A stretch of 64,000 nucleotides of DNA from Geosiphon pyriformis uo1 (lineage: Eukaryota > Fungi > Glomeromycota): positions 293,249 through 357,248 of the forward strand of contig JAAOMT010000515.1 in NCBI GenBank assembly GCA_016748015.1, read 5' to 3'. The notes under the pieces are model-generated. The model worked only from the letters and a program-made list of their open reading frames with translations, made no database searches and was not told where the DNA came from. Shown piece by piece: positions 52,640 to 64,000 of the stretch; positions within the stretch are counted from its first letter, which is position 1, and each line of letters begins with the position of its first letter. The translations under genes and the position numbers were made by a program.

Positions 52640-55600
52640 ACATGTGTTTTTGTATTTTTTTATCTTGTTTATGTTGTATTTTCCATAATAAATATTGATA
52701 ATTAAGTTATTTTGTTATTTGTAAAACTGGTATACTTTAAAACAAAAAAAATATATAATATTACTGATGACTTAGTAATTAGATAAAATTTTTTTTATTA
52801 TAATCTGTCAATTTATCTGTTTTTCATAATAACAACAGCTTTTTTAATAAAAATAACAATTATCAAAGAAGAAAGTTTTGTTTAGAAAAAATAACTTTTT
52901 TATATTTTATTTTATTCACATTTTAATAATTATTATCCAAAAAATAGTTATATTTAGATTTATAAAAAACAATTACCTTAAAATTATCATATTATTATTT
53001 TTTTTAACTAATTAAATGGTCTTAATAATGCTTGGCAAAGCTGTTTCTTTAACAAATCTAAAAAGTAATTACAATAAAATTATTCAAAATTGAAAATAAG
53101 TGCATTTTATTTTATGTATAATACCAGATTTTGGCAAATAGTTTAGAATTTTTTTGATAAGTTTTTACTTACTTTAGAAAAATAGTAAATAATAATAATG
53201 CTATTTTTTTGTATTATTTATTTTGTAAAATTTGTTAAAAATTTTTCTGATAAAAATAATAATAATATTTTTTTTACAATAATTGTTATCTATTTTGTTA
53301 ACATAATTAATAGAGTTATATTTTAATAATTATAATGTTAAATATTAACATATTAAGTTTTTTTTGGCTTAATATTATCAAAAACTGCAAAACTATATTA
53401 TTAAAATAGAAAATAAAAAATTATTAAAGTGTTCATTTAAGAATTTTTAATTTATTATTGTAATTAATTATAAAATTTCTAACTTAAAACTGTTAAATAT
53501 TGTAAAAAAAACAATAAAAAAAAATATTGTTTAAATAAAAATATTTTTAATAAAATAAATATATAAAAGTAATTTAGATATCTAATATTATTATAATTAT
53601 TTTAATATAAATAAACAAAATAAAATAAATCTAAAAACCAAAATTATATGTTTACAATAAAATAAAAATATAAAAAGCTGAATAAATAATATTAAATTTA
53701 TAGTTTTAAAACAAATATATAAAAGTTAATTAATATTTATGATAAATTAAAAAATGATAATAACTTGAAACCAAATTACAAAAGCTTTATTCAAGTTTAT
53801 ATTAGCATAAAAAATAATAAAAAATAGGTTTTGATAATTAAAACTATTATAAACACATTCTTTATAGTTTTTAAAAAAATACATACATGAATAGTAAGTT
53901 TATTTTGTTTTGTAGCTTTATATAAATATATAAATATTTAATATAATAAAATTTTAATTTTGTTAAAAGCTTTTATTACTTTTTATTATTGATTTGTATA
54001 ATAAAAATTATTTAAACAATTTATATATAATATGTTTTTAATATATTATATATAACTTTTTTTAAATAAAACTATAATTAATCTTAAATAATTGGGGATT
54101 AACAAAAAAGCAATAAATTAAAATTTTAATTAAATACAAAGAGTCTAACTATAATTAAATTTAAAATATGATATATAACTTGTATATATTATGAAATTAT
54201 AGCTTTAATTTATAATTGAAATTCTTGTTTGCAGCTTAATTGGAAGACCAAAAAAATATAAATCTAACAATTTTATAAAAAACACTTAAAGCTATAAATA
54301 TTAATGCATGTTAAAAATAAAGTTATTAAATAAATTAAAATTGTATATATTGCAAAAAAGAGTTAGGTTGTTTAATATTATTTAGAAAAAATAAGAAATA
54401 ATCTGTAATTGTATTAATTACACTGAAAAAAAAATTTTAGTCAAAAAACTATGTAATTATTTGTAAAATATTTATAAAATATGATTGTATTAAAACAAAA
54501 TATTATTTAACCATTTCTATACAATTTATAATTAATAATAAACAAAAAATTTTGAAAATTGAAATCAATTAAATTTTTGTGTACAAGTATGTTTTCTATA
54601 GTATTTTTTATTTAATCTTAATTTGAGCTTTATATTTTATTATTTTGCTAACTTAAAAAGCAAAGAAAAATTATACTATATTTAACATAATAATAATAAT
54701 TAAAATATTTGCAGATTATTATCCTCAAGATGATTTGATTAATTGAAAAAAAAATAGGCTTAATAAAAAAATTAGTTATATATTTATTAACTTTATGTAA
54801 AATAAAAAATTTATTTTTAACAGATATAAATTTATTTTTAATTATAAATTGTAAACAGCCAAACTAATTATGTGTTTTAGTTGTTAAATTAAATTAGTTA
54901 ACACAATTTGTTTTGTTAAAATTTAAAACAAAAAGCTAGTAAATTAAATAATAAATAACAATATGTAAATTTCATATTGTTTTTAAATCAAATAATAAAT
55001 TATAATATTAATATATAATTTTTTTACTATAAAAGATATACTATAAAACTAATTGAACCAAAAAATTATACTATTAGTATAAATAAAAATAAGATAATAA
55101 TATATAATAATGAGAATAGTAATTGCATAACAATAAAAATATTCAAACATAAAAGCAAATAAATAAGTAAATAATTTAATTAATATATTTTGTTTTATAA
55201 AACTATAATTGTTAATTTTTTAAAAAATTTGAAAGTTGAAAAATAATACAGTAATTATAATTCAATTTTTTTATTAATGCATTTAAAATTCAATTAAAAA
55301 AATAGTGATTTTATTTTAAAATATTTAAATTAAATTGTTAATATTTAATTAGTTAAATACTTTTTTATAAATCAAAATTTTTACTTATATATTTTAAAAT
55401 AAAAATAACCAAGTTAATTAAGATATAATTAAGATAATTAAAAAAAAATTGAATTATAATAATATTAAATAAAAAATATTGTTATAATAATAATTAAAAA
55501 TTTTTGTAAGTTTTAAAGAAAAAATATTTTACATATGTTAAAATACAATAATATTTGTAAACTATAATATTAATTTACTTTAAAAAATACTTATAAAACA

Positions 55601-56050
55601 GCTTATAATTTAAATTTATAAAGAAAAAAAAGCAAAAAACCTATTAAAAATATACAAAAATTATTTAAGCAAAGCCAAAAAACTATTAAATAAAATACAA
55701 TTTTTTATTATTAATATTATAATTTAAAACACATAGTGTTTTTTATTTTAATTAATAGATAAACAAACTATATTATTTTAATTTATACAAAATAAAATAG
55801 TGTATAAAAAATTAATTATAACTTTAATAATATTATTTACTTATATTTAACTATTTACAATTATTATAAAAGCAATTAACTATATTTTATGATTTAAAAC
55901 AAAGCTTAACAATACAACTAAAATAGTCTTTTAATATTTGATATTATTTGTAATATAAAAGTTTGAAATTTTTTTTTCTTGGCTTTAATTTTAGTATTGT
56001 AAAAGCTTAAAAAATTACTTATGAGTCTTTTTATAAAATGCCCATGACAC
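52640..56050. mobile_element. Extremely AT-rich, CpG-depleted block, probably an eroded transposon relic
   Basis: About 3.4 kb with essentially no CpG and no ORF of 60 aa or more. TG..CA-like edges at 52636 and 56049, but no target-site duplication or LTR pair seen. Confidence 0.45.
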
Positions 56051-56837
56051 TGTATTTAATTTCAAGTTTTTTATTAACAGATATTTTTAAATGGTTTGTA
56101 ATTTTTTATAAAACTTATTTTTCGCAGAAATTGAGTTTCCTGTGAAATACAAACCATCATCTGATGGATTCTTTGGGATTTAAATTCTATCTTTGAATTG
56201 AAGGCACAAAAGCGAAATCAATTTAAATTTTTTCATTTGATGTTTGATTGAAATAAAATTTTATAAAATAACAAATATAGGTTATAAGACACTCATAATA
56301 AATAGACTGATGATATGAATCCTCATTTTTAACGCAAACAGCTTCACGTGCATATAGCGCCGCCTTTTTTAAAATTTCAATAGAAACAGACTCTGAAGCG
56401 AATTTATTTCTACATATGGAAAGGTCTCCGGTGGCATGTTTTGATTGGGAGGAATGTATTCGAGAGGACAATTTAATTGTACCTTGAAAAAGTCATTTCG
56501 GATAGCGGAAATATTACTGAGTGGGGTTCGTAATTTAATTCCTGTTTCTTTGCAGCATCATTTAGGGCAAAAAAAAAATTTTCACGTGAAAGCGAAAATC
56601 TGTGGCCTAGTTCAAAGTTGTCTTGAGATTTCCACAGCTGAGAGATGCCAATGGTTAACTTCAAATTTCAAAATTTGACATTTCAATCATTAAAAATGAT
56701 TTTAGAGATTTATGTTATCTTTGCCTTTGATTTGAAAAATCAATCACCATGCCTTAATGGCATTGGCAAATCATTCACTGGTTTTGATTATGCAGGCATC
56801 AAAACATGAGTCAAATTTCACATAAAGGGTTAAAAAG

Positions 56838-56843
56838 TATAAA
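56838..56843 (+). promoter_or_regulatory. TATA box of the small secreted protein gene
   Basis: TATAAA about 75 nt upstream of ATG 56916. Two CACGTG sites lie further upstream (56345, 56583). Confidence 0.45.
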
Positions 56844-56915
56844 GGCAAGATCCCTAAACTCATATTCAAATCAATAAATAATTTACTCTCAAATTTAAGA
56901 AACATTACTTGAGCC

Positions 56916-57380
56916 ATGCCTCCCTCGAATTTAGTTTTCTTCGTGCTCTTCAACGCTATTTTCCTGTTCATGAGCTCACCTTTCCTCGTTGAATCATCCC
57001 CGGTTCCCAGCCTAAAATTTTTGGATTCAGCAAAACGTTGCATTTCTGCTCCAATGAAAGCTACCCCATTAGCTGGTATTGGAAATTTTGCGGGTTTTGG
57101 CGCTGATCTTGTTACTCCTCTCACTGGACAACTAGCAACGGTACTTCCTGCAGCACTTGCCACACCCGGAACATTGATAAAAAGGCAAGCTTTAGGAGCC
57201 CTGCCTCTACTTGCCGCTACTGCTGCCCCAGGTGCAACAAGTGTTCTTCCGATTTTAGCTGCTACTAGTGGACTTGGTGGTGTAAATAATGCTGCTGTTC
57301 CTTTGATTGCAGCTTCAACTCTTCCTGGTACAGCCGGTGTCGCACCTCTTCTAGCTTTAAATGGTGGACTTGGGTTGTAA
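56916..57380 (+). CDS. Small secreted hydrophobic Ala/Leu/Gly/Pro-rich protein with two KR (Kex2) sites
   Basis: GC-richer 154-aa ORF; signal peptide ending VES|SPVP; AKR and IKR dibasic sites; repeats P(L/I)(L/I)AA. Confidence 0.85.
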   Translation: MPPSNLVFFVLFNAIFLFMSSPFLVESSPVPSLKFLDSAKRCISAPMKATPLAGIGNFAGFGADLVTPLTGQLATVLPAALATPGTLIKRQALGALPLLAATAAPGATSVLPILAATSGLGGVNNAAVPLIAASTLPGTAGVAPLLALNGGLGL

Positions 57381-59849
57381 AACGCGATGACTAACTCTTG
57401 AGACGTTGTAGCGTCAGTAATTTTCGGGATCTTCACGAGATTACTCCTATTCGGGTATATAAGGGTCTAGAAATTGTGATTGGAGATTTTGCTCCAAACC
57501 CCAAAATTAGATTACTGAATTTTTATAGCGAAAATATCTCGGATAAACAACCACAGTAGTCGTTGGGCCTCCTTTAAAACACTAATTTTGTAATAAAAAT
57601 CTTTAATTTTTCTTAATAAAAATAATCTAATCTTATTATCAACAACTTATAGGGAAATTTATTTATACGTTTTTTGCTTTAAATTCAAATCTGATTTCGT
57701 AGTACAAAATACAACCTGAAAGGAATATGGTTAAAAGCTTTTAAAAGTATTTTTATCGAATAGTTTTTTTCGCGCATCTGATAAATATTCTAGTGTTCGA
57801 AATGGAAGAGTTTTTTTAAGGAAAATTGACACATAAATAACTGAGTTTTTCGAAAATACCATTTTGAATCAATTGATTTTAGATTTTACTAATAAATTGT
57901 GTTCACTGCCCAAGTTTTAAACAATGAGGTTAAAGGAGAATTTCATCAAGTCTTCAAAATAAAGGACTGCGGATGCTTGACCTAAAAATAAAATAGGAAT
58001 TGAGTTCTTTGAACATAATTTATCCCAAGCTTAAAAATAATATGAACATGCTGCAAAAAAACTGGACCCAGTAAAAATATTGTCTTTGACAAAATTAGAA
58101 CTAACATAATAAAAAAAGGACCAAAACCAAAACAATCTTTATCCAAAAAATATATTTTTGGCTAAGTGAACGAGAAAGCAAAGGGTCAGATAGTTTTTAT
58201 AGAATAAATTTTCATAAAATATCCATCTACTTTGTTAAATAATCCGTGTTCTATTTAGAATCAAAAAATAATACTTGATTTAAAGGACACTCTTCCACTT
58301 CAATAAATTTTTACTATGGAAATCATTATAATTTTTTTTCCAAACATTCTGGTTTTTCATTATTGAATATAATCAATTAAATTGATTTGCTATAATATTT
58401 TTTATTCACATTTTTTTAAAACCAATTGTTCACTCTTATTTTTTTTTTGCTAATCTGAGGGTTTTGAAAAAAATTAATTATTTTAAAATATAAACAGAAT
58501 GAATCTAGTTTTTGTTAATTGTTTTTATAAAAAAAACAAAATTTAGTTTGTTTAAATTTAAAAGGCTTACTATCAATATTAATAAAAATAATTTAAAAAC
58601 AATTCTACATTTTAGCAGTTGTACACTTTGAATCCTTCAATTTTTCGAATATTAATACATCAATTACAAGTTTTGGATGTTAAATTTTATTTTGAATAAT
58701 AACACAAAATTTTAATTTTTTCGCCTTGCTAAATTAATATTGTTAAAAGCAATAATGGATCCACTAATGTATTATTTTGTTTTCTAATTTATTATGTCAA
58801 ATGCTTCAATATAATAATAATAATAATAATAGTAATAATAGTATTAAGTTTGTAAGTAAAAAATTTAACTATTACCTGATGAATTTTTTTTTACAATTTT
58901 TTTTTGGAAATAGAAATATTTAAGTATTTGAAAATACACACTAAGGGGGTTCTAAACTGGTTTCAAATTTCAATTAAAAATCCCTTTGTTTAATATTTAT
59001 ACCAAATCAGTTATCTGTAAATGAACCAAAAATATTTGTTTTTTCTAGATATACATTGATACAGCTTATATTTATCCGGTTTACTCTAACCACTTATCTG
59101 CTATCTGATTTAACCAGATGTCTGCTGTACGCTTTATTTACTCAGACATATTCTGTCCAATCCTATCGTCAGGACTATTTACAAGATTTTTATTACTAAA
59201 TGAATTGCGCCCAGCTTCAGTCACGACCACTATAAACAAAACTGGCTCAAGTAACAGAGGTAGCAGTAATATCAGTCTAAAACAATGAATTTATATCTTT
59301 ATATAATGTAAATTATTATGCGATCTCCATATTTTGTTCTCAAATAAAAGATTGGATTATGTAATGCATGCTGCATATTACAAAAAATATCCTCCTTTAG
59401 AAAATTGAAATTTCTTCATTCATATTAACTCTAATTTACAGATTTCAACTAAAATTTAGGATCATAACTTTTTCATAGTTATAGATTTTGCTGTACCACT
59501 GATTTCCATATAATGCCCATTCACATAGTTTAAAATAGGAAAATGTTGGATATTGCTCTATAAAAAAACATCGTAATACGCAATCTACCATCTGAAAATA
59601 GTTGCTAGGGGAATTTTTCCAGAGATCATGCAGAAAATAGTAGTTTAAACCACATGATCCGTAAATTCTGATGAAAATAATCATCAAAAAAATTTTCCAT
59701 TTTGTGACACATTTAAAATCAATCGGTTCCCGTGTTTGAACAGTATTGCTTGCAATTGACGCTATTTGAATTTCCAAATATTTTTTGTTCAAAGCCCAAG
59801 AGCTACCGATTTATAGATTTCAACCCTTTGATTATCTTTGAGAGACTGA

Positions 59850-60856
59850 GCATTTCGAAAATATCATCCACAATTCCGAAACGAGAGCCCGAAACACAAA
59901 GACCAATTAATCAGATCATGGCTCTTCTTAAAGATGGCCATGATCATTTTGATAATAACAAGAAAATACTAGTTAACATTAAAAAATGGCTGGCGTCAAG
60001 ATACATTAGCCCGAAACAAATTTTCGATCAGATTTATCTTACCTTTACTTGCCTTTTTTTATTATTGAGGAACTGGTACACCCCAAGATTTCAAGAAATC
60101 ATTTGAATTATATAAAATAGCAGCTAACTATGGTGAAGATATTCAATCTTTTTAAGAGCTGGCATATTGTTAAGATGAGGGAGTTGACACAGAGCAAAAT
60201 GACAAACTTGCATTTTATTGGTATAAAATTGCCCCCAAAGCTGGACTTCCAATAGCTCAATGCAATCTCCGTTACGCATATGATCAAGGTGCCAGAACTT
60301 TACTTAATCACAAGAAAGGATTCGAGTGTTATCTAAAGGCTGTAAGAGCTGAAAATCAGGAAGCCATGCGAAATGTTGGGTATTGTTATCATTGGGGAAA
60401 AGATGAAAAAATTGCTATCCTTTGGTTTCGAATTGCTGCGTTCAGCGGTAGCCATGATGCTTAATTTCAGTCGACCATGCAGTACATTAATGGTGATGGA
60501 CTTCCGAAAGACGAAGCTAAAGAATTTTATTGGTTCACACAAGCTGCAAAGAATGAAAGTTTTAAGCTCAAATTGCCTATGCTGATTGTTATAAAAAGGG
60601 TACTGAGATGAAACAAAATAAAGAAAGGGCATATGAACTTTATATGAAATATGCCGGGATGGGAAACTCAAAAGCACGGGCAAATTTGGGCAAGTGCTTT
60701 CACAAAGGAATAGGAACAAGAGTTAGTTTTCGAAAGGCATCTTATTGGTTTATGAATCGGCGACCAAGGAAAAAGTTCAAATTCGAGGGTTGCGTAATTT
60801 GGAAAATTGTTATAGGAAAGGGCAAGGGACAGAAAAAGATTTACATAAAGCTTTAA
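59850..60856 (+). pseudogene. Sel1-like repeat (SLR) pseudogene
   Basis: LAFFYY*GTGTPQDFKKSFELYKIAA, LAYC*DEGVDTEQNDKLAFYWYK, AQCNLRYAYDQG, AMRNVGYCYHWG, NGDGLPKDEAKEFYWFTQAA, ARANLGKCFHKGIGT. Multiple stops and frameshifts. Confidence 0.88.
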
Positions 60857-61986
60857 AAAACAATTAATTAGATGGGCCATGAATTTGAAGATTTGTTATT
60901 ACAAAAGACTTTTAATTGTGTTATACCTAATTAATATTTAAATCCTCAGACATAATACGGTTTTAAGCTACTCTTCACCTGCATTCCTGGTTTCTGAAAA
61001 CTGTTTGCAGGGGAACATATTTGATGCGGCTATATCAAAACTCAATTTTATTTTTTTGCAAATTTCACAGCGTCATCGATGACAAGACATCCGCTCTTAA
61101 ATAGATTTTATCATAAATCATATTTTGAATTAATTAAAGTCTTGGTTTACTAGGATGGGAAGATTATTTACGGGATTTTGCTATATCATCATACAAGGCA
61201 TGAGAAATCGTTTGGTTCCTTTGTTGAGAAACAATGTTAACATATGTGAGAGGCTTAAACGTTAAAACTAAGTCACAGATCTACGGTCACTAACTGCTGA
61301 AGAAATTAGTTTTCGGAAATTAAAAGGAGTTGATTGATCGGCTTTAAAAAAACGGATCTAGAAAGTCGCAGCATCTAGACAAAAAAATTCATAGTTCGCT
61401 TTATTTGTAACGATATGATTATTGATTAAGAAATTCGCAAAAATCAATGCCGATAAGTGGGAAGTGTTTTTTTTCGAAACTGTGTTCGTTTAATGGTTGC
61501 TGACAATATTTTGATGATCATTTCAGTTAATCTTCAATCTTTATCAATCCACGAAGCTTCCCAGAGAACCAATTGTGTTTGTGGATTTGATAGAGGAAGT
61601 CATTTCCAAGTTAAGATAAAAGAAATTCAAGTGATCAGAGGAATAAATGCATAAATTTTGAAACAAATAGCCTTGTGCTTTGTGAGGGAGTAAACAATTG
61701 AAAGAGCGATTTCGGCAATTTTATAAATAAACCACTGAAACTTAACTGTTGATCAAACTTTTATTTTCAACATGAAAACTAACTAGCATTTTGCCTCCAC
61801 CCCTTATGCTTCCTACTGAACTCCTTAGCATCTCCTCTAATTTATCGCAACCTTTGTTTTGACTTGAATTCTTTTTTGCCAAAAAAAAAGAATTTTCAAT
61901 GTCCCTCTTATTCATCGCTTTTAATCTTTTAGTTCACAAAGCAGAAACCAATTATCATATTTAGGAAACTTAAAAACTTTACAAAA

Positions 61987-64000
61987 ATGAGCTTACTATA
62001 CCCGGAATCAATTTCGACAGATCGATCTTCAAATTATACCAGCTCAAATGTAGAAAATGATGATGTCACGCGTGTGCTTGAAAATGAGATAAGTCAAATG
62101 TCACAATGGAATGAAAAGCGAACGCAAGCATTGGAACAGATTGATACCGGTTAGTTGAATTTTTCAATTGTTCAATGGTAAAATACTTAATTAAATTTGA
62201 ATTTTTATTACTAGCCAAATTCGGATTATTTCATTTAAGAGCATGTCTCGTATCAGGTAAAAAAAATTTCAAAGTTAATTTTAATTATCTCTTTTTAAAT
62301 TTATCTCAATTATTTTCTAGGAGTTGGATTTTTCACTGATGCATATGACCTTTTCTCGATTAATCTGGTCACTGAAATGTTGGGATATGTTTACGAGGCA
62401 AAAAATGGCTATCAGGTATCTGAAAACGTTAATCTTGGCTTGAAAATAAGCGCTGGTTTTGGAACTCTAGTTGGCCAAGTGGTCTTTGGAATTTTAGCTG
62501 ATCGAGTTGGACGAAAGAAGGTAGCGAATGGGTATGAAGTTGAGATTTTTGAGTCGAGTTTGTAATTATTAACCTCATCATTTCTTTCAATAGATGTATG
62601 GCTTGGAGCTTTGGATTATCATTTTAGCAACATTATTTTCAGCCTTAAGCGCTCAAGCTCCGAGTTTTTCAGTATACAACTTAATCATATTCTGGAGGTT
62701 CATTCTCGGCCTTGGCGTTGGAGGGGATTATCCTTTATCAGCAAGTAGGTTTTGATTTCTCATTTAAATTAATGCTTAATATTGAATTTTTTAAAGGATA
62801 ATTAAAAATAAAACTGTCCTAGTTATCACAAGCGAATTTGCCTCTGCAAAGAACCGAGGTAGCATGATGGCAACAGTGTTTGCAATGCAAGGATTTGGAA
62901 TTCTCACGTCTATTGTTATTGCGATGGTAACCCTTCTGGCAGCCAAACAAGGTATCAGAGATGATACTCTAAAAATCGATTATGTTTGGCGTATAGTTCT
63001 CGGCTTAGGTGCATTGCCAGGAATACTTGCACTTTACTTTCGCCTCACCATTCCTGAGACTCCACGTTACCGAATGGATGTTGAACGAGATTTAAATGGT
63101 GCGACAAACGACATAGAAGATGTATTAGCTAATGGCAAAACTACTCGTGAAAACCTTTCATATCCATTCCAAAAGCTTGATGTCCCAAGGGGATCGTGGG
63201 CAGATTTCAGGCGATACTTTGGTCAATGGAAAAATGGAAAAATTTTACTAGGGACTTGTGGTGCTTGGTTTTGCATTGACGTAGCTTTCTACGGTATCGG
63301 ATTAAACAACACGATTTTTCTTCATGAATTGAACTTTAATCTGCCAGGAGATAACCCAGTAACAAATTCTACATTGAGTGGGGAATATAATTCAGCTAAA
63401 GATCCTTGGGCATTATTGTGGAATCTTTCTGTAGGCAATGCTCTGATTACTGTATTAGGAACCGTCCCCGGTGCCTGGTTTACTATTTTTTTCATTGACC
63501 GGCTAGGACGAAAACCGATACAGTTTATGGGATTCGCTGTTTTGACAATTGTATTCTTACTTTTAGGGGTCTTCTTTGAAAAAATTCAACAAAAATCTTC
63601 TTTTCTTTTTGGTTCAATGTTTACTATTGCTCAGGTTGGTCCTGTTAAAGATTTTACCTTTATATCTTTTCTTCCAATAAAAATGTCTATGAATAAAATA
63701 TTCCCAATTTCTAGTTCTTTTGCAATTTTGGACCAAACACAACAACATTTATCGTCCCTGGAGAAGTTTTTCCTACGAGGTAAAAACTTCAATATATTCT
63801 TTTACCCATATTTATTACGATTTATATCAAACATAATCTTCTCCAATATTAGATATCGATCAACAGGTCATGGCATTTCCGCGGCGATTGGAAAGCTTGG
63901 AGCTATACTGGCGCAATTTGGATTCAGTAGAATGAAGAGCATAGGTGGTACGCAGTTGGATCACAAAGGCCCCTTTAATGAAAATAATGCTTTTGTTGAC
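61987..64000 (+). CDS. PHO84: PHO84/PHT1-type phosphate:H+ symporter (MFS, PHS family), 3' end outside window
   Basis: ALEQID..KFG.FHLRACLVSG|VGFFTDAYDLF, ADRVGRKK|MYGLEL, WRFILGLGVGGDYPLSA, SEFASAKNRGSMMATVFAMQGFG, YFRLTIPETPRY, WFCIDVAFYG, GRKPIQFMGF, NFGPNTTTFIVPGEVFPTR|YRSTGHGISAA.GKLGA. Confidence 0.96.

Noticed and set aside
52636-56049. Intact LTR retrotransposon
   Set aside because: TG..CA edges are present, but no LTR pair, target-site duplication or readable pol motifs.
56771-57436. 221-aa minus-strand ORF
   Set aside because: Antisense shadow of the GC-rich secreted-protein gene; the plus strand has the signal peptide, KR sites and TATA box.

Overview
AT-rich eukaryotic genomic DNA with short GT-AG introns. 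The gene content (F-box/LRR, TPR and Sel1-repeat genes, CpG-eroded repeats) points to an early-diverging fungus, probably Glomeromycotina; this is inference. Intact-looking genes are: a divergent 9-exon actin-like gene, two F-box/LRR genes, two paralogous TPR genes facing each other across an SPX-EXS (SYG1/XPR1/PHO1-type) phosphate exporter, a DM13-like secreted/GPI protein, a multicopper-oxidase-fold protein missing most copper ligands, a secreted alpha/beta hydrolase, a small hydrophobic secreted protein with Kex2 sites, and a PHO84-type phosphate importer cut by the window end. There are also F-box and Sel1 pseudogenes and AT-eroded blocks. The strongest hidden signal, missed by the ORF track, is a decayed IS607-like element at about 37.7-39.7 kb. 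It encodes a MerR-HTH/serine-recombinase TnpA and a Fanzor2/TnpB RuvC nuclease, contains intron-like inserts, and ends in a still well-folded candidate omega-RNA. All translations and splice models were made by hand; no database searches were run.
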